Part shown: piece by piece, positions 36,026 to 49,950 of the stretch | Numbering within the stretch: the first letter of the stretch is position 1 | Layout of the letters: each line of letters opens with the position of its first letter | The notes under the pieces: generated by a model | Databases searched by the model: none | The model's input: the letters and a program-made list of their open reading frames with translations, nothing else | What the model was told of the DNA's origin: nothing | Assembly (NCBI RefSeq): GCF_001194135.2 | Contig: NC_068992.1 | Span: 68,132,743 to 68,196,742, forward strand | Direction of reading: 5' to 3' | Origin: Octopus bimaculoides | Taxonomy: Eukaryota | Length of the DNA stretch: 64,000 nucleotides | Translations under genes and position numbers: made by a program

Positions 36026-38122
36026 GCATTCATTGAGATGCACAGCAACAGCGAAACACAAAAGTTGGCAGATTTTGAACGTTTGTTTACCACTAAGACC
36101 AATGGGCAAATTTCTGACAGAAAATGAAAACTTTACCAGCCTGATGTCTCAAGTGAATTAGTTCTTTGGATACACGCAAACTTCAATTTGTTTTTACATT
36201 ATATCATTTCTCTATAGCCAGCTTAACCTGGATGTCTTGTTAGAGCCAAACACCTCGTTATCGGCCTTGAGGCGCTTGGTGCGTTGGATAAAGAATTTGT
36301 TTTCCTAATAATACTGCTTCTGTGTCTAGTAATTCATTTTTGATACTCCCTTTGGCTATTTGCGACATCAGTGTCTGAAAAAATTCTAATATTCCATATA
36401 TGGTGGCAGTGAGATTTGGGTGACATGCGGTGACCGACGTTCCACACTGACGGTTTCCAGTAGAAAAACATCACGTGATACGAGAATTCCCGTGCAGACA
36501 ATAAGTGATTATTGTCTGCTACGATGTATGTGCGTACTTTAAAGCACCAAGAGGTTATATGAGAGGATCTCTCAAGCCTAATAACACAGTATTCAGAGAT
36601 CTAACAATACATCCACGCTAAGTGGGATATTAAGATTTCATGTTAGTATTAATACTGCTACCATCGCTAATAGTTAAATATTATATCATTATTTACTTAT
36701 CAATATTCCTTGTCAAACTATTGTAGGGTGAGCCCGATTTTTATCTGAAGATATATTCTAATATCTTGGTAAAAGTAAGCATGAAATTAGCACGATTTAT
36801 CACATGGTGTTCTGTATATTTCACCTAGTCACGAAACCAACTTCCCATGTGCAAACTTCACTGAGCTACGTCGAAGCTGGTTGTATCTACACCACAATTA
36901 TACCACTGACATAGAGAATATATAATATCTTAAACATTCAGCCTATTAATCACACAAGTTATGGGCATTTTGTTGATATTTTCAAATCATTCTGTTCATC
37001 TATTTCGGATCGAAGTTAATTTTCGACAATTGTTAATAGTAAGCAAATTTTGAACTAAAGAGGTCCAGGGGCAGTTCATTTGTGAATATAACGATTTTGA
37101 CGACATTGCAAAGTTTCTGCAAACGTACTTCAGTTTAGAAATGATATTCCTAATGTATTTTCTGGTTTGTATAGAAAAACACGCAAAAAGAAAAAAACAA
37201 TAAAGTTTAAAGATCCCGTAAATTATGTTACAATTTTCAATTTGTTACTATTGACATTAACCGTTGATTCTATTAATATAGCATTCGTGTTTCTCCTTCA
37301 GTTTATTTGCTAAATAATTTTGAGACGCATCTCTTACCCTTCTACACTGTTTGCTTCCTCGGTAAGGAAGTGAACGATACATCTGTTAGAAATTTCTAAT
37401 GATACATTTATATCCAATGGCAACTGCATTCATTTCAGTAATTTGTGGAAAGTTTATAATAGCAATGCTATTTCCATTCAAATTATATAATAAAGTATTC
37501 TGGAAAAATGATTGCGAAATAGCAATACAATGGCAGCGGTTGTATTTAGACATAAAGAGCAGAATATTCTTAGCAAAAGAAGAAGGGTGAAGAAGGTATC
37601 AGAAATAATACAATATTGTATGATGGGATAATAAAATTGAAAAAATAAATGAACTACCGAATTCTGTAGTGTCTCCAGGGGATAAAGGCGACAAATCGCT
37701 GTAAAGTGAGCGGTTATAAAAGTAGAGACAGTCACAATGATAATAACTGAGTCACGTAAAAAAAGGAGAATGTAAAAATAATTTCAGATTTTACAGTTTT
37801 TAGCTTCTAAATGTGATTCATTCCAACGACTTACATCCTTCTGGAATATATTGATTAGCAGATTTGAAAAACATTTCTAAGTTTTAAAAAAGCAACTGAG
37901 TAAAACTGGTGTTTAATATGCGTAAAGTATTAATATATGTATACACAAACTCGCTCACTCTTTCTCTCTCTCTCTCTCCCTCTCCCTCTCTCTCCCCCCC
38001 TCTCCCTCTCTCTCTCTTTCTCTATCTATCTATCTATCTATCTCAGACACACACATGTATATATATTAAGTTATAATAATAATATAATATAATTATATTC
38101 AAGGGTGCCGATAAACCCCACC

Positions 38123-38260
38123 AATACGCTAGAAATAGACGCCAAATGGCTCTATAAACGACATCTACATTCCGTTAGCACAGGTTGCCCGCTTACAATC
38201 TATGTTAACGGAGTGTAGATGTTGTTTTTAGAGTCATTTGGCGTCTATTTCTGGCGTGTT
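38123..38260 (+). ncRNA. Long hairpin (55-bp arms 38126-38180 / 38203-38257); candidate structured RNA or MITE
   Basis: 49 Watson-Crick pairs, 5 G-U pairs, 1 U-U mismatch and no indels on the + strand. A further inner stem closes an 8-nt loop. Confidence 0.5.
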
Positions 38261-38530
38261 CGTGAGAGCAAAAAATATTCGTCGTGTTTGTACTTCATGG
38301 CTGGTGTGGTTACATTTGCATCTACTTAAGTGTGTTAACTGCGCAGAGGAGAGAAACAAGAAAGAAATCTGCTACACATTGGGTGAAAATAACATAGCCA
38401 TTAAGGTATACCATTAATGCTACCCAACAAGGATACGGGGGGGGCGACAGTACTCTATGTTGCTGATATTGTGACTTCCACTGTAGAAAAGCCTGCATGT
38501 ATGCATATTTATGTGTTCATGTGTGTGGGT

Positions 38531-38603
<73 letters not shown>

Positions 38604-39832
38604 ACTACACATTTGAATGAGAAGCCGTTGCTACAAGGGAAGCAATGGATATAATCGTTATGTGAAACATAGGCAGTATTAGATTAAAATAGCTATATGT
38701 GTATCATACATAGCGAAAAGTATATTAGTTGCAGTATTCGTCCGCAGATCAAAGCCAGGAATATATTTGCATGAGCTGTTGATTACCTACTGATTCACAT
38801 ATTATACAATGTATCACATAAATATTATGTCTATCTGCTTATCTGTCTATCTATCTGTCTGTCTGTCAATCTGTCTATCTATTTATCTGTTTGTCTATCT
38901 ATCTGTCTTATCACACACACACACACACACACATGTATCCAATGATACAAACTCATATGCACACATACACACTCACGCACACTCACATACACGCATCAAA
39001 ATATACACACATGATTCTGCTTGACCAGCTGAAGTTTCTCTGAATGACCTTTTCTTAAATCTAGTGATTTTTTTAAACTTCCGTATAAGGAAATACTTTC
39101 AAGTAACAGCAAGACATTTAGTCACCGAAAGAGCTTGTTCTCTATCTCCTAAGTTTAATTCGCCTCAATGAATAAATCGTGATATCTAAATATTAGTTTC
39201 GATAAATATTTTTGTGGTCTACACAAACTACTTCCGAAATGTCAAGTACTGTTTGCTTTACGTATATCAAACCGATTATTTTTCTCATCTAATATTTTCC
39301 TAGTAACATGCCTGAGCAAGCAATAGACATTTCCACTTCCAGAAAATTTGGAAACCGTATTTTAAAGAAATATTTTCATCCTGCGTATTTGGAAATTATC
39401 CAAGTGGATAAAATATTAAAGTATAGCCAGACTATTGCATGGATAGATTTGATAAGGTAGTAAGTTGTATTTCTGAAGAAAGGGATTATAGTTTTTTTAG
39501 TTATCTTTATGTTTCGAAACATATGCTCTAAGAACTCATATAAGAGCCACCAAGTCAATGATTGACTGTACAGATTATATGTATGGTATTCTGGCTGTTA
39601 CTCGAAGTCATCCTCGATCAAACAGTTATATGACCAAGTGCTCCAACCACACTTTTCTAACTTTTTGTATAACTCGGTCTACATTAACTAATATGTCATT
39701 TTAAAACCCACCTAGATAAGACCTTACGTGTATGAAACTAGTAGTAGCTTGTAATTATATTCTGTGTATGTTAAATCTATATCTCTCACCAGATGGAATA
39801 CTTCTTTGTTGATCCTACCTAATAGAAAGATA

Positions 39833-39872
<40 letters not shown>

Positions 39873-41111
39873 NNNNNNNNNNNNNNNNNNNNNNNNNNNN
39901 NNNNNNNNNNNNNNNNNNNNNNNNNNNNNNNNNNNNNNNNNNNNNNNNNNNNNNNNNNNNNNNNNNNNNNNNNNNNNNNNNNNNNNNNNNNNNNNNNNNN
40001 NNNNNNNNNNNNNNNNNNNNNNNNNNNNNNNNNNNNNNNNNNNNNNNNNNNNNNNNNNNNNNNNNNNNNNNNNNNNNNNNNNNNNNNNNNNNNNNNNNNN
40101 NNNNNNNNNNNNNNNNNNNNNNNNNNNNNNNNNNNNNNNNNNNNNNNNNNNNNNNNNNNNNNNNNNNNNNNNNNNNNNNNNNNNNNNNNNNNNNNNNNNN
40201 NNNNNNNNNNNNNNNNNNNNNNNNNNNNNNNNNNNNNNNNNNNNNNNNNNNNNNNNNNNNNNNNNNNNNNNNNNNNNNNNNNNNNNNNNNNNNNNNNNNN
40301 NNNNNNNATATATATATATGTATGTATATATATATCGCTATTTATCTAAGTCTTACATCATATATAATTTTTGCACACAATATATGTAGAATAATATAGC
40401 TGATATTGATCTTATGTGAAAGATAAAGGAAATCAGAATAATAACTTTTTTTTCAAATGTAAATGTTTATATATTTTCTGTTCATTGTGAATGTCACGAT
40501 TTCCCTCGCTTCTGAAAGGGAAAAGTTCTTCATACTTCACTCATCACCGTCTGGTTAGAAAAGTTACAATAATATTTGAAAGGTTGTCAACAATGATATA
40601 TTGCGCATCACATCTTTCCCCATCCTCACTTCATTGAGAGAACCGGAAACTCCTCCAATAATAAAATCAGCCGTCGGTTATTTATTTAATCATGAATGAG
40701 TCTACAACATTTTCTAAAATTAGATATCATGATCTAAATGAAATTTTAATGTGTTTAATTGTTATGTGTGTTAAGTAAAGCAAGAAATATATTCTTTTTA
40801 TTGGGAACGATGCCAGTCTATATCGGCGAGTGTTTTCCTGTCAGTTCGAATTGTAAGTCCAAGGTGCTTTGTAATTAGGGAATTTATTTAACAAATATAC
40901 ACACTGTAATGCAGTGTAGACTACTCTCAAGAAATATGTACACCTACCAATTTTCATATATACGTACATTCATACATTCATATTTATATATATGTATATA
41001 TATGTGAGTATGCGTGCGTGTGTGTGTGTGTGTGTGCATACATATATATTGTAATAATAATAGAAATAATCCATGAATGGAATTTATAATTATTTCAATG
41101 CACCGCTAAGT

Positions 41112-41311
41112 GCGTTTCCACAATTCACATTTTTGTGACCATAGTCCGCATACCTGGAATGATAAGAGTCCAGTCTATAATATCTATGGTCATCAGGTGG
41201 GTCTTCGTTCATGCGTTTATTTCTTCAAGCGATATGGCATGAACGCTTGAACATAGACCCACCTGATGTTCATGTCGTTCGTCATAAAAAACATGTGATT
41301 TGTGGAAACGC
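41112..41311. repeat. Imperfect ~200-bp fold-back (MITE-like)
   Basis: Outer IR gcgtttccacaa / ttgtggaaacgc. Inner perfect pairs are 41191-41204/41255-41268 and 41206-41214/41237-41245. Confidence 0.7.
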
Positions 41312-41496
41312 GTGTAGCTATGAATTAAAATATTCATAAATTCCCTCCATACACACGTACGCACGCACAGTTATTAAAACTTTCGATAATTTGAATACGT
41401 TAATAGTTACCAGGGGTAGCAAAATTACACTAAAAAACAAGATATCCCAGCCGCTTTACAGGTTGATATACCGAGTTAAAGTGATACATTTTGAGG

Positions 41497-41987
41497 ATAT
41501 ATGGGTAATAACAACAAGTGGAGCAAAACGCATGTCGATGAAAGTTCCTTTAATTCCTACATATATGTTTCAAAACAAATGAGGGCCATTTCACAATGAA
41601 GAAAGGGCTGGTGGAGTCATTTATTTCTCTTCAGGGAGATCATAATAAAACATGTAATAGCAAGACAAAAANNNNNNNNNNNNNNNNNNNNNNNNNNNNN
41701 NNNNNNNNNNNNNNNNNNNNNNNNNNNNNNNNNNNNNNNNNNNNNNNNNNGACAAAAACGAAATAATGGGGTAACTTACGAGCTGAGATGTTACATGGTC
41801 GTAAGTTACCCCATTATTTCCTTTTTGTCTTGCTATTACATGTTTTATTATAATCTCCCTGAAGAGATATAAATGACTCCACCAGCCCTTTCTTCTTTGT
41901 GAAATGGCCCTCATTCGTTTTGAAACATATATGTAGGAATTAAAGGAACTTTCATCGACATGCGTTTTGCTCCATTGTTGTTATTAC

Positions 41988-41995
<8 letters not shown>
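41497..41995. repeat. Large inverted repeat (~175-bp outer arms plus 22-bp inner arms) spanning a gap and abutting (TA)n
   Basis: 41497-41671 matches the reverse complement of 41822-41995 with about 5 differences. 41760-41781 and 41799-41820 pair perfectly. Confidence 0.92.
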
Positions 41996-42036
<41 letters not shown>

Positions 42037-42440
42037 GGAATTTTAATGGTTGGCATATAGTTTCAATGAGATCCAGTATAAGATTTACAAGAATAAAGAA
42101 TGCTTTTAGAAAGCTCATGTGATTGAAAGGAATGGTAAAATTGCTAATGAGATGCAATTGACCCATAGTTTTTCTGTTAGTTAAGAAAACATTTGTTATA
42201 GCAAACTTTGTATACTAACTATTTCTGTACACTGAGGATTATATCCACAGATATGATCCAGATCCTTATAACTTTAGAAAAGGAATTCAATTAAGTTTAC
42301 TCCTATATCTTTCAGTTAAGTGAAACTATATTCACGGGCGAAAGGCAACGAAAACTCGATTCCATGTAATCTTTACTAATATATTTGGACACTCACAAAA
42401 CTTGTGATTTTCGTATTTTTCAGTAAAATTTCCAGATTAT

Positions 42441-42662
42441 AAGGCGGCGGGTTGGCAGAATCGTTACCGCTCCGGACGAAATGCTTAGCACCATTTCGTT
42501 CGTCTCTACGTTGTGAGTTCAGATTCAGCTGAGAGTCTTTACCTTTCGTCTTTTTGGGGTCAACAAAATAAGTACCAGTTAAACCCTGGCATCAATAAAA
42601 TCGACACATTCTCCCCGCCGCCCCCGAATTTGCTGATCTCGTACCAAACATTGAAATCAATG
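42441..42662 (+). mobile_element. SINE family 2, near full-length
   Basis: A-box-like tggcagaatcg and B-box-like gagttcagattc. Homologous to the 6690, 45352 and 56278 copies. Confidence 0.85.
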
Positions 42663-44087
42663 TTTCCAGGCATTGCACAAAAACTCAGAGACACAAGGCG
42701 ACGTATGATAGAGTATACAAGTATTCGATGAGATCACTTCCAGTTCTTCACTCGTATAGACTTCATTACCATCAGAGTGATGGAATATAATTTAGCAGTG
42801 TTTGAATTCAAGCATTAAAATATGAAACTAAATAACCACAAATTATGGGAATTTCTACTTATTTAGATACACCCAGTTTACTTTTAGATGCTGCAATTTT
42901 TTATTTCATTTTACAGAGGTGATACAATATGTGAAAATTTATGGTGCTAATGAATTTTTGTTACTTGTTTTATCACCCCAAGAGACACAGATTTAGTCTC
43001 ATTCAGTATGTGATGTACATTAACGTTACAAACCATTGTTTCATAATCAATCTGACATGGTTTTCACTCAATACTGCATTCTATAATATCGAATCAAAAC
43101 TATGACACGAATATACATTATTATTATTATTATTATCATCATTATTATTATCATTATTATGAAAATGTTCATCATTTAATATTGCGGCATTTGATCTTGG
43201 AAATGAAAAAAAGTCAGCAACTATACACGGCAAGAAATATTATCTGACATTCTAAAGATTGTGCTAATCCAGCGGTCATTGCATGTTGTGGTATTAAAAC
43301 TGCGTTAGATCTAATTAAGGAAAAATCTTTAAATCCCTCAGTTACTGAACTTATGAGTTTTGCTTCCACTTGACTAAAACATTAGATTTTTTTTTCTTTT
43401 ACCCCCACTAAAGTCCATGTAATGTTTTCTACGCTTCGGTTTGACTTTAGATCAATGCTGCATTAAATGTCAACTGATGCAATTAGCACTTTGATCAATC
43501 TCATGTTTCCCGACTTTCATATTTAAATTAAAATCATTTAAGCAGCAACAACCCACTTCTATTTTATGTTGCTTCTAATGAACATGGCTACAAGAACTGA
43601 CATTCAATCTTTGCGAAATAAATTGATCAAAAGATGAAAATGACGATGATAGTGATTATGCTGCTGCTGGCGTGAAAATACAAGCTAAAAATTGTGGACG
43701 GTTTAAAAGTTGCCCTTGTATGTATGCATGCATGTATGCATGCATGCATGTATGTATGTATGTATGTATGTATGTATGTATGTATGTATATTTCTAGATC
43801 AGTAAATGTTAATACGAATTTAGGTATATTAATTTTGAAAAAAATCGTATACGAATATAAAAGATATTAAATGATCATAAAAAATGTCATATATTTCATT
43901 AAGGTATAAGAAGATAATAGGATAATGTAAATCTGAATTATTTTTAATTTAATGCAACAGAAGTTTCGAAAATGGGCGTTCTGACACTTTTACTAGAAAG
44001 AATCCTGTATTTGAGAAAAAATTGTAATTACATAGCAGATTCAAAATCCCAGTGAATATGAAATGAGTTAATAATGCGTGCGATATA

Positions 44088-44275
<188 letters not shown>

Positions 44276-45351
44276 TCCACACACTGTATGTGTTGAAAAA
44301 TATATGTTTCGAAAAGAATTGGAGAAGTATTGTAGTACAATGGTTAAAAAATAACTTATGTAGCAAAAAAAAAAAAAAAATCACTGAAGAAAATATTGCT
44401 ATTATGTTAAAATGCAAATACATTGAAACGTTCAGAGAGCCATCTTTCCACAGTAGCTCTCACTAAAAGCAGTTCAGTGGCTGCTGAACAAATATTAATC
44501 TATAATACAGGATTAAATTTAGTTACTCAGGTTATGTATATTTGGTAGAAAATGATAAAATAAATTTCAAAATGACGTACTTTATAAATAACTAATCCCA
44601 TGAAGAGATGTAACATTATATATAAATTTATGGAATCGGAAAAATATTAAGCGCACACATACACCCACATACATACACAGACACACACATACATCCACAC
44701 ATGGACACAAACAGACAGGCATACACACACACGCACACATACACACACACTCACTCACATATATATTTTAAAACAGATATACATTTACAAATAGTTAGTT
44801 TATAAATATTTTAGAAGGAACATAGGAACATTTTAGCAATTGCAAGAGAATGTCGTTTCATCTGAAAATATAGTTCAATGAGAATACAAATTGGGAAGTT
44901 GGCAGATATTCAATGGAAGCAAATAAAAAGAAAAATACTGTATTGGTACCGCTTACCTTAATTAGAAATATGGAAGGAAATGTTTGTGCGAGGTGAACTG
45001 AGAACATAATGAAATATAAAGAAGTCTGTTAGTCGACCGTCAAATGATTCTTTAATCTCACAGGCTTCGACACACTAATACTCAAATAGCAATTGTATGT
45101 GAGTTTTAAAATAGAGACCATGGAGTTTTTAAGGATTATGAGTTAGTGATCGGGAATATACGTTTTTTCATACATGAACGCACGCAAACATATATGCATA
45201 CAAATATATGCTCACATAGTTAAAACAAGTACATACGTAAGTACTCACATATGAAAACATACATCCTTGTCACTTATTTGCTTTGATTTGTGTGTGAGTG
45301 TGTGTGTGTATGTGTGTGTGTGCGTGTGTGCGTGTGCGCACGCACTTAAAT

Positions 45352-45540
45352 AAGGCAGCGAGCTGGCAAAATAGTTAGCTGCGTTTATTCCGTCTCTTCA
45401 TTTTGAGTTAAATTTCTGCGAAGGTTGACCTTTCCTTTCATCCATGCAGGGTCGATAAATAAGCACCAGTTGAATACTGGTGTCGATGTAATTGATTTAT
45501 CCCTTCCCCGAAATTGCTGGCCTTGTGCCTTTATATATAC
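45352..45540 (+). mobile_element. SINE family 2 copy with internal deletion
   Basis: aaggcagcgagctggcaaaatagttag head, followed by the body and 3' part. Confidence 0.8.
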
Positions 45541-45599
45541 TGATATACTACATTGATATAAACTGAGATAATCTAAAATCACGAAAAAGAATGCCAAGC

Positions 45600-45905
45600 T
45601 GCTCCCATGGAGGATAATTTGTTGTCAGTCATTTGGATTGCGGTAACTAATCGTGGTCACTGCAGAACGGCAAACTGTCACCAGAACTCAATGCAGTCCA
45701 GCGTCATTACAGATGAGCTACTGGGAGAAGCTAAATTACACAGGAAACATCATGTAATGTTAAACGCCCCATATAGGCACTGGAAGATAAACCAACCGCC
45801 AAATTGGACGGCACTGCATAGTACCAAAGTTTGCCGTCTCCGTCTAGAATAAGGACACAGTAGAGTAACTACTTAAGCTTTGAGGACACGCAACTATCTA
45901 AAGTT
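45600..45905 (+). mobile_element. CR1/L2-like LINE C-terminal remnant
   Basis: QMSYWEKL and IGRHCIVPK resemble the LSYWERLK and GRHC.VP motifs of CR1-group ORF2 ends. Many stops. Confidence 0.5.
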
Positions 45906-48348
45906 CTGTCATACAACCTTAGATCTTTGCAAATATATGTAGGTGAGATACAGATATTCTCAAAATAGAAGACACTTTGTAGTGCTCAAGTGATTTAAAC
46001 TTGAACAGGCAAATAAGTAAATGTAAGGATAGGCAAGTTAGACATAGTTTGATATATAAACAATTTGAAACAGATTTGATACAAAAAGTGTACAAATGTT
46101 TACATATAAAAAGGTCCGACCTTCCAATCATTATTTTGAACAACCAAACCACACCAGAAACAGTAGTTGGATTCTTAAAGCTCTTATTCAACCCCTTTAA
46201 TTCCTTATATCATTTCTATTTTGTGTAAGTCGGACCTTTTTACATGTAAACGTATGTACATTTCTTTTTTTTACATTTGCATAAACACACAAACACACAC
46301 GCAAACACACACATACATATATACATATATACATATATATTGTTTTGTCTGGGGAAAATCATTCGCTTTTAGTGCCTTATTATGTAGCACAATCACTAGC
46401 AAAGCTTCCACTCGGTTACTTATTTATTTTTCTAAAATTTTCGTTGCGTCTTGCAACCTTTTCAATAATCGTTGACTGTGCGTTATCCTAGCTGCGTTCT
46501 TTTTTGTTTGTTTGTGTGCATGTCTCCTTGTGTGTGCATAAAACATTTTGCAAACCAAATCCCAAAACGACATACGTATATCAAGGAAGATAACCCAGTA
46601 CCATTGAAAGCTGACAGTCTTAGAAAAAATATTACGATAAAATAGAAATCGGGGATCAATTGTAAAGGTAGCTGCGAAAAAAATTTTATACACACATATA
46701 TTCACACAGCTCTATACACATGTAACACTACCTTACTTACACATGAATATTTCCTCACATAAAATTGTGTTCAGTGGCAATGCATATTTGTTAGTGTTCA
46801 GTTTAGTATGGCTATTATTATTGGTGTTTTTGTTATGATCATCATAATCATAATAATCTGTATTTGTATATTCGATTAGAATTTTCTCTTTTTATTGATA
46901 TGGAGAAACCACACAATATATTATTCTGTCAATGTAATTAAAATATATATATATATATACACATTTATTTCTATGGATTTGTCAGCTGTAGACTTTAAAT
47001 TACTGATATTGTTATTGACAGGTGTGTAGAAATGGTATTGATTGAAATTGCTGTGACTTTCTATTATAAAGTTTAGTTTCTATTATCAATTTTAGTTTAA
47101 AACATTCCTCATTCATTAATACATAAGAAAAATAAATATTGATAAATAGTTTTCATTATCAAATAAGTTACAATAAGATGATTACAAAGAAATTAGATAG
47201 AAATAGCGGGATTTAAACAACTGCATATGACTCATAACTGTAAACCTGAAATATAGTAAAATATATGAAAAAGACTTTCTAAATTCAAAGAACACGATTA
47301 TGCTGGAATCTATTGTTGGTTGTATCAACAAAATATCGTTGGCTATATTAGTGGGACTTTATAAATAAAACCCGTAACATCCATCGCCTGTATATGCTAT
47401 ATAATCCACAAGATTGGAGAATGAGACTTGAAGTAGATTTGTATGCAAGTAGGACGACCGTCAAAATATCCAAGTTTTTGTACGACAACATCTAAACGGC
47501 TCATAGTAAAATTTGTCGAGAGATAAATTTTCTTTCTGTATCACTTTTAATATGAAAAATATGCGAGAGAATATCAACATTTTACATATTCAGTGTGATA
47601 CGTTAGAATTAAATGACGTAGTGCTTGTTGTTTGAGCAATAAAATTAATGCATAATTTATGGTTATTTGTTAGGAGTGAAATTAATCTTCTGGGAATTGC
47701 GAAAAACTTCCATTTCCATAAATAGATTTTAAGAGTACATGCACCGATGTAATTATCCATAAACGACATAAATTCATTAAATAAATTATTGTGTCTTTGT
47801 TTATAGAAAACATGTAATTATCGACTTGTGAAAAAAAAAAAGATTGTTTAACTCCGAATAATCTGAGTCTGTAAGTAGGCACTAATGGATTGTTATACTT
47901 TTCTAGTTGTATTAGTGGAGTGGTGTGTCTGTTTCATTGTAATGGAAGGGTAAACTGAAACGAAATATTCCTTGAATAAATATATACTGCTGAATAATTT
48001 ATGATGTAGCTAATTACAGATCTGTTAATTACTGCATATAATGTGATATTTTGTGACAACGGATAGAAACTAATCCTAACATTTTGATTCTAATTATTGT
48101 TTTGTCTTTCTGCAGAATGTATATTTGATGGTTAATATATTAAATATTAGTATTGATCAGTGAAATTTAAAGCGAAATGTTGTGATCCTATTAATAGTTT
48201 TCTAAGAATGTAATATTTAGTCATCACGATGTTATTTAGTTGCCTAATTGAAAATTCATTAAACTGTAGGTCCAATTATGTCAATTATTCTTTCTAATAA
48301 TGGCTTTGCTCGTATGAGAAAGCATCTATTATATAAATGCGTATATTC

Positions 48349-48400
<52 letters not shown>

Positions 48401-48533
48401 NNNNNNNNNNNNNNNNNNNNNNNNNNNNNNNNNNNNNNNNNNNNNNNNNNNNNNNNNNNNNNNNNNNNNNCACACACACACACACACACACTGACAGGCA
48501 GAGACATAGATAGACAGATAAATAGATAGAAAT

Positions 48534-48601
<68 letters not shown>

Positions 48602-49263
48602 GTATGTATATACAAGATGCACAACGGAAGAAAATACAATACTACAACTAATAACATCTGAATTGGCAACTGGATGATGGGGAAAGCAAGTTTCAAGACG
48701 TATACAAAGACATTTCCTGGAAACGATACCCTATTTAAATATACTATGTCTCTATATATAAAATAGTTTCTTCAGCTCGATAAACACAGTAAATCCTTAT
48801 TTTAATTAACATATTGACAAGCCAAAAATATTTTATAACAAAATCAAGAGGAACAGAGACACAGAGTTAATTGTCCATTAAACAAGACGAAGTAGTGTAA
48901 TATAAATCGATAATTACAATTAGATATGGAAATCTGCATTTAATGAAATGATTAATATAAATGTTAATTACCAAATTATTTACGCAAATTAACAAAGAGA
49001 CATCCAGTGAAGAGTACAGTTATGAAAAGTAATCTAATTTAATCTTATAACCCATAAAGTTATTACCGAGTTCGTTTAATAACGACTATAGTGAAATGAG
49101 TATATATGTATATATGAAGCAATTTGGTTTTTCATTAATTTGGCTACCTAGAAGACCACCGGTGATGTGATCAGTTATTCACACACAAAAGAAAATGTGT
49201 CTCTTTCGCATTCTCTCTGTCATCTATGCATATTTATATATACATATGAGTGTGTTCTCGTGT

Positions 49264-49306
<43 letters not shown>

Positions 49307-49904
49307 GAGAGAGAGAGAGAGAGCGAGAGAGACCGTATTAATTACCTGGAGTGATTTTGTAACTTATAATAATCATATATATATCATGCATTCAGCGCAC
49401 ACAGCTTCATCATGAGAATACAAAGAAAACGAAATTGTACACCAATATGCATATTAACTTCTAAAGTACATAGGGACGGACACGACTGGCATCGGTGAAT
49501 CTGAAAATGAGAAAGTTATGAGAAACAAATTATATGAAAGCTATCTTTGAGATGCTCAACCAATTCTATCAAGCTCTCATTAATTATACAAAAGTACGTG
49601 TTTATCAATTAGAATATGTAATGTATATGAATGGGTGTTTGCATTTCTTTACGAGTTGAGAGAGAAAAATCATTGCCGTATAATTATAGAAAGAAAGCAA
49701 GAATAAAATAATTTCAATGCTGCAATAGAAACAAAATTTGAGGGAATATTCTGAAAAGTTAACGACTGGAAAAGTAAATAATTAGTCTAAGAATAAACTA
49801 TATTCATTTTATATTCTCATATCTCTCTTTTCTCATTTTTCTCTAATAATTGAAAATGTAATACATTTCAAGATGAAAATTGTCGAATATTATGCTTCAA
49901 TATA

Positions 49905-49950
49905 CACCAGCATGACCGCAGCCACTTGGCTGAAACACATAAATAAATAA
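49905..49950 (+). mobile_element. Isolated SINE/LINE 3' end (stem-loop plus (TAAA)n tail), variant of the family 1 tail
   Basis: ccagcatgaccg-cagcc(actt)ggctg-aaac compared with ccagcatggccg-cagtc(aaat)gactg-aaac. Confidence 0.7.
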
